Positions 29,093 through 39,212 of a stretch of 64,000 nt of DNA are shown here, one piece after another. Source of the stretch: a virus (lineage: Duplodnaviria; Caudoviricetes). Position 1 is the first letter of the stretch; each line of letters opens with the position of its first letter. The stretch spans positions 1 through 64,000 of IMG/VR virus record IMGVR_UViG_3300017655_000001, one strand, 5' to 3'. The position numbers and the translations under genes were made by a program. The notes beneath the pieces are model-generated. The model saw only the letters and a list, made by a program, of their open reading frames with translations. It was not told where the DNA came from and did no database searches.

Positions 29093-29558
29093 TTGGTTCT
29101 CCTTCAGGATTTGTGCCTTTCATGTATTCACTATAGACCGCTATAGAATCTCTGTCAACGATATTTTCAAAGAAATTTAATTAAGCCTGCATAATAATAA
29201 GAATGTAATTTGAAAGAATGTAGAAAAGAGAAGTAATCTTTGTTTAATTGATTGTTTTCAGACGAATGGTAGAGGGAAATAGTAGAAAGTTGTTGACTTT
29301 TAAGGAGATATTGGCTATCCGGCTTAACATTCACTGACGTTCTGTAAGCCTCCTTCAGCCAAGAATACTCTTAGTCAGGCACCAATAAAGAAGGATGTAG
29401 CAAGCATCCTGTAAGGGATAGGGTCTTTTAGGGATGTTCTTAATAAGGTCTTTATACTGGCTTGTAGGGAGTAACAAGAAAGGAGCCATTAATGGCTCCT
29501 ATTGTATACTAATAGTATATTATTCTTGTTGGTTATGTATTATTCAGTGCACATGTGT

Positions 29559-29744
29559 TCACTCAGCAATGTAGCAGTCGCTCTCTTTGTAACCTTTCAC
29601 TTTCATCCACTTCTCTTCTTGTTTAGCACATATGTCAAAAGCTACTTGAGCCTCTTTTGGTGTTGTAACAGACCAGCTAGCAGGTTCGTAATCATTGCAA
29701 TTCCCGTTGATGCAAAGCTGTACATAGAGAATGATAGTGAACAT
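29559..29744 (-). CDS. Small exported Cys-containing protein
   Basis: Hydrophobic N-terminus and four Cys; loosely related to the 30356 and 30844 ORFs. Confidence 0.6.
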   Translation of the reverse strand: MFTIILYVQLCINGNCNDYEPASWSVTTPKEAQVAFDICAKQEEKWMKVKGYKESDCYIAE

Positions 29745-29916
29745 GATAAGATTCCTTTGGTATCTGTGTAAAATTACTCAGAATTGTATTTGAGCAACAA
29801 GCCCAACAACACACATCACAACAACGGCTACACAAACGTATGTAAAAGCTTTAGATTTCATGTTTATTGCTCCTAGAGGCTGTTCTGAGACAGAATTTCT
29901 CTTCTGTATATCTAGA

Positions 29917-29945
29917 ATTGTAGGGGCTTTGCAGCCCCTTGTCAA
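29917..29945 (-). promoter_or_regulatory. Sigma70-like promoter whose spacer is a terminator-like hairpin
   Basis: TTGACA-AGGGGCTGCAAAGCCCC-TACAAT. Confidence 0.7.
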
Positions 29946-29948
29946 TGG

Positions 29949-30206
29949 TTAGATGTTAATTTTTAACAATGCTTTTAGTTTCTTTTCACATTCTACGGCT
30001 TCTTCGAGATTGTCAAACAAAGCCCATTCTGTAATAGCCCCATACGTATGGTTAGTTCCACCACTGCCAATACATCCAACTTTAGCTTCCCTTTGTGCAA
30101 TCACATATTCGGTAGAGTAAAAATCAAGGGTCTCGTCAGATGATGTTACAACTACACGGTATTCTACATTAATGCTCATATCATTTCTCCTATTAACAAG
30201 CTCCAT
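29949..30206 (-). CDS. Hypothetical protein
   Basis: ORF after promoter TTTACA-17-TAGAAT (30227-30255). True start is probably MSINV. Confidence 0.7.
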   Translation of the reverse strand: MELVNRRNDMSINVEYRVVVTSSDETLDFYSTEYVIAQREAKVGCIGSGGTNHTYGAITEWALFDNLEEAVECEKKLKALLKINI

Positions 30207-30339
30207 TGCTTGTCTTCATGTTGATAATTCTATCCCCATCCCTCTCGCTTGTAAAGCTATTTTTGTAGAAATTATTATTTAATTTATTAATGAAGGTTGA
30301 AGAGGGGATAGAGAATTTCTATTGATGTGTGTAAAAGGA

Positions 30340-30357
30340 AAGGGCCATAAGGCCCTT
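30340..30357 (-). terminator. Intrinsic terminator
   Basis: AAGGGCC-4-GGCCCTT with a U-rich tail on the minus strand. Confidence 0.7.
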
Positions 30358-31429
30358 AATGCTTAATACAAACAGCAGTAGTTAATATAGTCTGAAAATT
30401 ACCATTTGGTATATTTTGTACTAAGTAAATCCTTTTTGCTTCTTCGCAAGACTCTAATGTTGTAAACCCATTTACAGACTCAATAGCTGGGCTACCGGCA
30501 GCACGAAAATCATGTGCATAGAGAATAATAGTGATAATCAGTGTGTACAATTTCTAATCTCCATAGAATCGAGCATAATCGACTGTTGATTGTTGTTGTT
30601 GCCTTTCCTTCCAAACATCATCACTACTAATCTTACTAAAGCCATATTGCATATCTACAGCATCGTAGCCATCGCCTGCCCATTTGTACAATCGTTCTTT
30701 CTTCCTATCATACTTCCATACATCTGGTGTTGTAATGTCTTGTTTAAGCCAAACAACATTACTTTCCACAAATGATACAGACAAGACAATGTAATTGAAC
30801 CCGTCTAGATAAAGCTTGTATTGATCATTTTCTTTTGGATTGTTCATACATCACTCACCACGCAGATAGCTTTAGTTCTAATCTGGTTCCAATCGTAAGA
30901 AGGTAGACGATTAGCCAAAACCTTGTTACCAGCGTTATTGCAAGCTTGTTGTGTTGTGAATCCCGGTACAATATAACTAGTCAAGGCTGTAGGGCTTTTC
31001 TGAAAATCATAGCCTGCGCTTATCATCACTATTAGCGTCCAAGTAACCATTTTTACATTTCTCCCATATAACGCTTACTCTCACGAACATTCTTACGTTC
31101 TTGTCGCCAATGTTGACTAGTGGAGTCTTTCTCTTTGTGTGTTGAGCTTTCCTTTTTACGAGAGAATTTCTCAAATGTAATGTTTTCGTAGTAGTGGTTC
31201 ATTTATCTTCTTCCATTTCTTGATAGGCAGCTTCTAAGGCATCGATAAACTTACGTGTAAACTCTTTACCAAACAAAGCTACACGAATGTCTCCATAATA
31301 CTCTTTACTTTCTTTATTGGTGGTACGAATTTCAATTCCACCAAGAGCATCACTGTCAGGACCAATCTCAATATAGACGCCTTCAGCGTCGTTGTACACT
31401 CGTCGAATTGTTTCAATACTGTAAGTCAT
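30356..31429 (-). other. Small CDS 30356-30550, 30554-30847, 30844-31050, 31199-31429
   Basis: Contiguous ORFs. 30356 and 30844 share GFTT.E/Q.C..A...A.C. Confidence 0.75.
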
Positions 31430-31696
31430 TTCGCATCTCCATTAATCTTGCATTTCCACTTTCCGTCTTCTTTCCACAATTTAAAAGAAGAATAGCCAGA
31501 GGATTGCCAATTACCTATTGTAGCAAGGCATTTGCTTAGGCTGCTCATACAATCTTACTCCCAACAGTTATTAGATTAAGTATTACTGCCAAAATGTTAA
31601 GATAGAAAAGCCAATTGAAATTCTTTTCTCCCGCAAGATGACCAGCAAGGAAACTATTTACAACAATAAAAGTTAGGTTCAGCATTTTGTTTCTCC

Positions 31697-32311
31697 TTAA
31701 AAAATGATTTGTGTTCCGATGAAGAGAATAATACTAGCTAAAGTGAAAGTTGCCCAATCATTTTTAGCTAAGAACTCTGCCACTTTTGATAGGGATTTTC
31801 TATCATGTTTAACGTTTTCTGCCTTAACCTTAGGCTCTTTAGCTTTCAAAGCCGAACGCTTGTTTTCACTAAGAATTTCCCGTGATAATGCCTTCTTTTG
31901 GTTGGGTTTCTCTTGTTCCCATCCTCTAGCTTTCTCAATTAGCTGCCATTGCCTTGACAATTTTCTTTCAAGCAAGATACGAAGCTCTGAATACTCCTCA
32001 AAAGTCATCAGATGCTTGTTCTTTTCAAGCTGTGTAAGCTTAGCTTCAAGATTAGCATAGCGCTTTTCTTGAGGGATGATGCTTTCGACAAGAGATTGTT
32101 TGGTGATGGGTTTGTCAACTTTCTGTTTTGCTTTAGGTTTACGTGCTTTGATAGCTTCATCAGAGAATGCACCAACACGAGCACGACCTTGTTTGTCAAA
32201 CGTGGCAATGTCAGCGGATTTGTCACCAAGATATTGACCGTTACCACCTGACCATTGATTGTGATCGCTGGCTGCATCGATCCACGAAGGTTGTATGTAC
32301 ATACGTGTCAT
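31697..32311 (-). CDS. Hypothetical basic protein with C-terminal TM anchor
   Basis: 204 aa, ends WATFTLASIILFIGTQIIF; promoter TTGACA-17-TATTCT at 32347-32375. Confidence 0.75.
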   Translation of the reverse strand: MTRMYIQPSWIDAASDHNQWSGGNGQYLGDKSADIATFDKQGRARVGAFSDEAIKARKPKAKQKVDKPITKQSLVESIIPQEKRYANLEAKLTQLEKNKHLMTFEEYSELRILLERKLSRQWQLIEKARGWEQEKPNQKKALSREILSENKRSALKAKEPKVKAENVKHDRKSLSKVAEFLAKNDWATFTLASIILFIGTQIIF

Positions 32312-32378
32312 AGCAAAAATCCCCTAAACCATACTTCAATGAGTACAGAATAGAGGATTTCAGAGATACTGTCAAGCT

Positions 32379-32810
32379 TTATTTTAGAGATTTTGGGGTA
32401 ACTGCTTCGATGACAGATTCACTGTCTGCTTTCACATCCACATCAGGGATAATCACCTGTGGTTTGAAGATAACACGGTAATGATAAACGCTAACATCAG
32501 TGCCTTGAAGCTGTTCGCTAAAGTATGTCACATTATCACTAAGACCTAGGGAATGTTTCTTGTACTCCTTTGGACCTGTTTTGCATGTAACATCAAGCTT
32601 TCGTGCTGTGCTAGCATCAAAAGAACAACGACCTTCAAGAGACAGCATGTAATCTCCAGTGATACCGTTATAGAACACAATACGACGATTCACTTCAAAG
32701 TTATCAGCAGCTTGTGAGAGATTGCGTGAAGCCACACGAGCATCATTATCACAACCAGCTAGGAAAGCTACAGACAGCGCTAGAATACAAGCTGTTAGGT
32801 TTTGTTTCAT
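32379..32810 (-). CDS. Predicted lipoprotein (conserved phage type)
   Basis: LAGC lipobox; DARVASRNLS.AADNFE..RRIVFYNGIT..Y.L..EGRCS. Confidence 0.75.
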   Translation of the reverse strand: MKQNLTACILALSVAFLAGCDNDARVASRNLSQAADNFEVNRRIVFYNGITGDYMLSLEGRCSFDASTARKLDVTCKTGPKEYKKHSLGLSDNVTYFSEQLQGTDVSVYHYRVIFKPQVIIPDVDVKADSESVIEAVTPKSLK

Positions 32811-34706
32811 TATTTGCTCTCCTCAAATTCAGGCATCATTTCAATTGCATAATTCAAAGCTTCCTGTTTTGCTGCCCTCCAACGAGCACCTTCCGTAAAA
32901 GGGTCCATGCCGAAAGGACATTGCATAGGGTCATCATAATCACGAATAGCTTTTTCAAGAAGCTCTTTATAGTCTTTCATTCCGTATTTCATCTTATTTC
33001 TCCTTAATAATTAAATTTCTTTCTTTGAAATCTCATCAACACAGCAATGATACAGAGCTTCGACCTCTTGTTCAAGATCTTTTTGCATCTCGTAAGAAAT
33101 ACTTCCATCCAAACCAAAAGCTTCTATAAGCGTTAAAGAACGAATTTTAGCAACATATAGCCAATTGACACAAGACTTTGATAGCATGTGCTGGTATGTG
33201 TTTCGGATGTAGGTTATCTTGTCGTCAGTGGTCATTTCAAGCTCTCTTTAATAAGCCTCAACTCTTCTTCTGTGAGCTTATTTAAGGCTTTTTTGAGATT
33301 CTCCACCTTCTGCTTTTCTCGAATCTCTTCAACATCTTTGAACTGCATCGGAGTGGTAGACTCCATGACGTAGACGTAATCTTCATGAATAATGGCATTC
33401 TTTGCCATGATACGTCCTGCACCACCATACCAACCCTTGCCGATAGATTCAAGCTCAGCGTCAGCCTTATTACGACAAACGCTTACAAGCTTACCAAGGC
33501 GTCCATATTCGTCGAGTGTTTCATACACAACCCAAACGGATTCAATCTTCATTTAATCAACTCCTCTAAAATCTTACGGCTATTCTCGCTCAATCCGCTG
33601 TCTGTGTCAAGGATGTGTTGCACTAGAAGCTTTTGACCGTCATGGATCTTAATTCCCTTTGATTGAGCTTCATAATAACCTTGAGCGGCTGAATATTCGT
33701 CAATCTGGTCACGCTCAGACCAAGTTAAGTCGTAATACCACTTATCGAAATCGTCCATCACACAATCTCCTTAAGATTCCCTAAGACACGATGATAAGCC
33801 CCAGCACGTCCTAGGTCAAGATAGCAGTTGCCGATTCGAAGGAAATTTCCTCCGTAAACCTCTTCTTTTTGAATCGTCTTGCGCTGGCCTGTGTCTTGAC
33901 ACTCGTAAGTCTTACCTAACCACATCAGTTCCATCCAACGTCTCTCAAAACGGGGTGTCCATTGGTCGAACCGTTCGTCGTATGTAAAGCCCCAGAGGCT
34001 ACTAAGTGTTGTGTTGGCAGATCGAACAAGATCACGAGCTTCTTGATAATCTACCTCAAGAGTGTAACTTGAAATAAGCTTTTCTAATAGCTTATGTAAA
34101 CTGTTTATAGCTTCGATGTTTTCTTGGCTAATGCCGCGTTGCTTGGCGAGTTCTAGGTTTGCAGACATTATACAAGCTCCGAATTGTCTGTCAATTTGTT
34201 CCACATGTCCTCTGTGACAATACAAAGCTTAGGCTTATCGTAAGTGTCCCAGCCGTGAGGACTGCGTGGACGATTATTAAGCTCTGTAACTTTGGCTTGC
34301 AAAAACTCTTTATTCAAGCAAACAATATAACCATCGGGACGAACACCCCAACCCGGCTCGTATTCAGTGCAGGCGCTGTAGTAGGCAACGTTAGTCATTC
34401 TGTTTCTCCTTAGTCTTCAAATTCATAATCTGCATCACCACAAGTGACACGCTTCAGGGTTTCAAGGTTACAATTTAACCATCCTTTCTTGTTAATGTCA
34501 ACACAAGAGTAGTAATTGGGTTTGTGAGCTACAGTGCTCTTGTGTGCCTTAGAAGAATGACCTTCAGAAAACATGGCATGCTGCATGTGCTGTACGGTGG
34601 CTACACGAAGGGTCTTGTCAGCCTTGGTAAACTCAATATGGATGAACTTGCCCTTGAACGAATCGAGCAGTTCACGCTTCTGTTGAATAGTCATTTTGCA
34701 ACGCAT
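32810..34706 (-). other. Run of hypothetical CDS (32810, 33011, 33232, 33549, 33758, 34168, 34410)
   Basis: Overlapping stop/start codons; promoter TTGCCG-17-TATGAT at 34735-34763. Confidence 0.72.
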
Positions 34707-34794
34707 GATGTGGCTCCTCTGTCTGTATGGCTAAATCATAGCTGCTTCAATTCCACCCGGCAAGCATATTTTTAAGAAATTTTAGACAAAAAGA

Positions 34795-34814
34795 AAGGAG
34801 CCGAAAGGCTCCTT
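34795..34814 (-). terminator. Intrinsic terminator
   Basis: AAGGAGCC-4-GGCTCCTT then TCTTTTTG on the minus strand. Confidence 0.8.
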
Positions 34815-35499
34815 ATAAAAACTCCTTAATCAATCTTGAAAATGCAACTGCTGCCACGATTGGAACTTGCCCATTTCCAGCGGCGCGATTGCGTTCCATC
34901 CGAAAGGCCATCCCATCAGATACTCCATGCTCCATGGGGTTACTTTTCCAAAAACCGTTACATAATTTTGGCAAGATTTGTGTTTCTGCATCGATGGTGC
35001 TGCAAAGTTTGCCATAGTGGTTGGTGTATGCAAGTAGCCAAAATCTTTTCCGTGAGTGGTCTGCACCCAAGTCTTTCGCTGATAACTGGACATATTTACA
35101 TTCATATCCGACACTTTCAAGATCTTGCTTTGCTTTGAGGATCGGCTTTTCGGATACGTTTTCTGCAAAGACAAGTGTAGGGCAAACTTCTCGTACAATC
35201 CTGTACATTTCTCCCCATAAATCTTTTTCAGCAACATTTCTTCCTCTTGCTGCATTAGAAAACGCTTGACAGGGGAATCCGCCAGAAACCAAGTCCACAG
35301 TTCCTTTCCATGGTCTTCCATCAAAAGTGCATACATCGTCCCAAATCGGGAAACTTGGGATAATTCTATCGTTCTGCCTTTGCACAAGAACATTTTGACA
35401 CCACTCATCTCGTTCAACAGCGCATACAATACTGTTTCCGAGGAGGTGGCTTGCAAGTAATCCTCCACCAGCGCCCGCGAATAGATGAAGCTCATTCAT
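34813..35499 (-). CDS. C5-cytosine DNA methyltransferase, large (alpha) polypeptide
   Basis: Motif I ELHLFAGAGG, IV GGFPCQ, VI ENV, VIII RKRFWLL and X AAGNGQVP. No motif IX or long TRD in this frame. Confidence 0.92.
   Translation of the reverse strand: MNELHLFAGAGGGLLASHLLGNSIVCAVERDEWCQNVLVQRQNDRIIPSFPIWDDVCTFDGRPWKGTVDLVSGGFPCQAFSNAARGRNVAEKDLWGEMYRIVREVCPTLVFAENVSEKPILKAKQDLESVGYECKYVQLSAKDLGADHSRKRFWLLAYTNHYGKLCSTIDAETQILPKLCNGFWKSNPMEHGVSDGMAFRMERNRAAGNGQVPIVAAVAFSRLIKEFL
34830..35495 (-). CDS. C5 methyltransferase second (beta) polypeptide in an overlapping frame
   Basis: 221-aa ORF nested in the alpha gene, ATG 4 nt after the alpha ATG. Ends with motif IX-like TPWSMEYLMGWPFGWN. Confidence 0.75.
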   Translation of the reverse strand: MSFIYSRALVEDYLQATSSETVLYALLNEMSGVKMFLCKGRTIELSQVSRFGTMYALLMEDHGKELWTWFLADSPVKRFLMQQEEEMLLKKIYGEKCTGLYEKFALHLSLQKTYPKSRSSKQSKILKVSDMNVNMSSYQRKTWVQTTHGKDFGYLHTPTTMANFAAPSMQKHKSCQNYVTVFGKVTPWSMEYLMGWPFGWNAIAPLEMGKFQSWQQLHFQD

Positions 35500-35517
35500 T
35501 TGGTTTCCTTTTAAAAT

Positions 35518-36034
35518 TTAAGAGATTTTCCAAGTCATGCCTTGGCAGTGCTCATCATAACCAAGTGAGTTAATGACCATCAAATGACGACCTTTATTTA
35601 CCACAAATGCGTCAAGACCATTTAGAGTGCTTTTGGTCTTTCCTAGTAATTCATAACCCTTAGAGATTCGATATTCAATCACAACTTTCTGCTCATTCGT
35701 TAAGAAATTCATTTTCATATCCTTGGTTAACTTGACTGTGTGATGATTATCCAACAGGATGTCGCTACTGTCAAGTAAATTCTTTACACGAAAACACACC
35801 AGCTTCTGTTAGTACATTATGAATGCTATGCAATGCAGCCCAATATTGTTTCATATCGTTGTCTGCGTGTTCAGGAATGTCAGCCCATATTGACAAATGA
35901 GAAGAGTAGGCTATTAAAGCAAGAGATAACGCATAGCTTAAGTCGTCACACGCGACTATGTAGTTTTCATCGTTGTTGTTCTGTTCTTTCAAGGCTTGGA
36001 TGATACCAAGCGCTTTAGGTTTATCGTAGCTCAT
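35518..36034 (-). other. Two hypothetical CDS (35518, true start about 35715; 35771-36034)
   Basis: ORF track; coupled starts and stops. Confidence 0.65.
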
Positions 36035-36402
36035 GTTGAAAACTCCACAACTTTAATATTCTCAAATGATTTTAAAACTTCAATACACGTTACACAAGGT
36101 TGGCTCAAACAAGGGTTGTCTTTTGCGTCCAACCTAACAACCGTAAGTCGGTAGCCTTTTCTGTACCTGTCTTTTAGCAAAGCTGCAACCTCCGCACAAA
36201 TGCATTGTTTCTCGGGTTTTCCTGCACGTTTAGAGGCTTTAGCTGTGAGTGGATGGGTCTTATGATAACTGTTCCTTCCTTCGCTAATTAGCTTCCCTTT
36301 CTTCGTAGAAATCACACAAAAATGACGACTATACCCGCGCCTGTATGGCGTCTCTTTGCATTTCTCTAGTGCGTAGTCAAACGGAGACATCAGTAATACC
36401 AA
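36031..36402 (-). CDS. Cytidine-deaminase-fold protein
   Basis: HFCVI...SEGRN, CAE and PCVTC zinc ligands. Confidence 0.65.
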   Translation of the reverse strand: MVLLMSPFDYALEKCKETPYRRGYSRHFCVISTKKGKLISEGRNSYHKTHPLTAKASKRAGKPEKQCICAEVAALLKDRYRKGYRLTVVRLDAKDNPCLSQPCVTCIEVLKSFENIKVVEFST

Positions 36403-36555
36403 GAATTATAAGTATTCTGGGCATCCTCCTGTGCATATTCGTCATACTCTTGCTGAAGTTCACGCATAGCTTGACGATATTCTTTATCAGTCAAGTTGCC
36501 GTTTTCATGTTCTTCACAAATCTCTTGTTCGGCTTTGTCGTACCAAGTTTTCATT

Positions 36556-38899
36556 TTACTCTACTCCCAATTCTTTATGTGCTTTCATTAACAAATCACC
36601 AAGTGCTTTCGATTGCATAATAAAGCCATTTACATTCTTAGCTTCAGAGGCATTCATATAAAGCTTGTAATGAGACGTAGTCTCACACTTCTGAATGTGA
36701 AACCCTGCTTGGGTAAGTTGTGATTGGATTCGTGAACTGAAGGTTTTCATTGCCCGAACTCTTTCTTCAAAGCTTCGAATTGCCTACGTCGCTCTTCTTT
36801 TTGTTTCTTTGCTTCTGCATTCTTTGCAGCGTTACGTTTATTGAAGATGATTTCCCAATCTTTCAAATCTTCCTTTTCATTCTTGATACGTCCTTGCATT
36901 TCTTCGTCATCTTCCCAAACTTCGTACCTAATAAAATAGTGGCAATCCTCATAACCTGTCCACTCGTATTGAAGTGACCATGAGATATACTTACCATATT
37001 TTTCCTCAAGCTCTTCAAGATATTTCTTAAGCTCAACCAGATTACCTTCTGGCCAATCTGTTCCTTCTTCTTTTGTAAGGATTTTACGAGTTGTGTTTAC
37101 AACAGGCTTTTTATTCTCGTCAAAGTTATATTCAGTAATCATGCAATCTCTCCTTAAAGCATTTCTGTTTTGTTAAATGGATTATGGCGCACAAACAAAA
37201 GCCTGTCAAGAAATAAATTCATTAAAAGAATCTATAAGAAGACAGGCTTTGATAGTGATTTTAATCACATTCTTTCTTTGTGAATGTGCGAACAACTACA
37301 AGCTTTTCTTCCTCTTTACACTCTAGATCGTAAGCATATTCAATCCAATCAATCTCCTCTGCATTGCCATGTTTTCCGCCGCCATACCAATAAACCCAAC
37401 CAACCCATTCGCCGTTGGGTAGTTGTGCTGCTACAGACTGCGACTCATAGTGTCGTGAATAAGGAGCTTCTACGTCTGTTTGCACCTCACCTTCTCGAAA
37501 TTCGTACAGATAATCGTAAAGCTCATCGCTGTATTCATCCCAAAGCTCTTCTACTTCATCTTGTGTAAGAGTTGGTGAAATGTCTTCTTCTTTCTCTACA
37601 CCCCAATATTGTGCAAGAATACAATACTTAATTTTAAATTCTGATTTCATTTATAAACTACCTTTGTAGTGACTACTTGTTCTTCATAACGACGAAGCCC
37701 TTCTTGTTGCACTTCAATATCCATACGACCGTTATCGTAATCTGAATACCAACTCACGAGGGCGTAAGTGTCATCATCCTTTTTGAAATAAGAGCTTACA
37801 TTAGCACCACGTTTAAATACTTCCTCCTCACGATCATACTCTGTGTCTGAGTCGTAACCATTATCTTCTGCCCAATCATACCACTTACTATTGCTGTCAA
37901 GATAAATGCTCATTCTTCTTCTCCTATATCAAATTCAAGATGTTCAATAATAGTTTCAATTTCATCTGTCACTGAATAATCATATTGCAATTCTTTCTCC
38001 AACAGATGTTTGGCGTTTTGTAGCAGTTGAATTGTGTTTTCAATAATTTGCTTGCGTTGGCTCATACGAATTTGTCCTTTGGAATATCGACAAACAAAGC
38101 AGGGAAAGTTCCTACATCTTCCATCCATTCTCCGCTCACTTCAAACTCCTCTACTTCTGTAATGCCCTGCATTTTGATATAATCAAGCCAGTCGTTAACG
38201 GCAACAGAATGTCCTTCTAAATCTAGCTTACCGTCGATGTAAACACCACACCATTCCCCATATTCGTTTGTAACGTAAGTTAGCTTCATTCTTCCTCTTC
38301 TCCATAATATTCTGTCAGAAGTTCATCCATGCAATTAGTACACATATAGAACTTACCCCAATGACTGCGATCTACAAAAGCTTTCTCGAAATAAGCAAAG
38401 CTCCCAACAGGAATATTGTGTGGTGTTTTACCCGGAGCTAGTGATAACCAGCATTCATGCTCTTTACGTGTCTTCACGATTTTCTTTGTTTGACAACTGA
38501 TTTCAGATTCATCGCCTTGAAACCAATCTTCATTAAGGTAATCTTCGTGTGTAAACTTCACTTCTTAATCTCCTTCAAGATATTCTCCAAAATCTTACTC
38601 TGCTTCTCATTCTCAATCAAGATGCTATGAATAAGGATGTAATAACCACTCATCAAGCTTGCGACAACAATTCCAGCAATCAAGAATACAATTCCTTGCC
38701 ATACACTGCCCGCCATAATTGTAATACCAGAAAAGCATAGAACAATCACAAATAGAGCGATGATAAGGAAATTGTTTGTTTTTAGTACAATGTTTTTAAT
38801 TTCGTTCATTTTATTTCTCCTTATTTTCCCATTTAGCGTCATACTGTTCGAGCAGATGACAACGAAGGTTTGCATCCATCCAATCAAAATCATCTTCAA
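36556..38899 (-). other. Run of hypothetical CDS (36556, 36747, 37261, 37647, 37910, 38062, 38286, 38558)
   Basis: Contiguous ORFs; promoter TTGACA-17-CATAAT at 37181-37209. Confidence 0.72.
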
Positions 38900-39212
38900 T
38901 GTTCAAGATTGTTTTTGTAGCACCAACATCTTCAATCTCATCCTTTTCTTCTTGAGACAGCATAGCATAGGATTCAAAATTTACAAATACAATTTCGTCA
39001 GCCCACCAAATTAAAGCTTGTGTAATTGGAATAAGAGCAAATTCTTTATCTGCTCCTACAGCCCTTGTATTGAATCCGTATTTGATATGCAAGCAATTGG
39101 CCAGGGTCGGAGATCTTAAAAGACCAGCAGAACAAACACACAAAACTTTCTTTGCTTTGGTTTGAAACCTGTTCCCTACGTTAGCAAGTTGATTCTTCTT
39201 CCCTTTAATCAT
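38811..39212 (-). CDS. Low-molecular-weight phosphatase-like protein (CX5R)
   Basis: VLCVCSAGLLRSPT P-loop, WADEIVF and LNIEDDF. Confidence 0.8.
   Translation of the reverse strand: MIKGKKNQLANVGNRFQTKAKKVLCVCSAGLLRSPTLANCLHIKYGFNTRAVGADKEFALIPITQALIWWADEIVFVNFESYAMLSQEEKDEIEDVGATKTILNIEDDFDWMDANLRCHLLEQYDAKWENKEK

Noticed and set aside
34836-35460. Plus-strand ORFs antisense to the methyltransferase, and similar antisense ORFs elsewhere (e.g. 15818, 18256, 59605)
   Set aside because: No RBS or motifs; they are shadows of real genes on the other strand.
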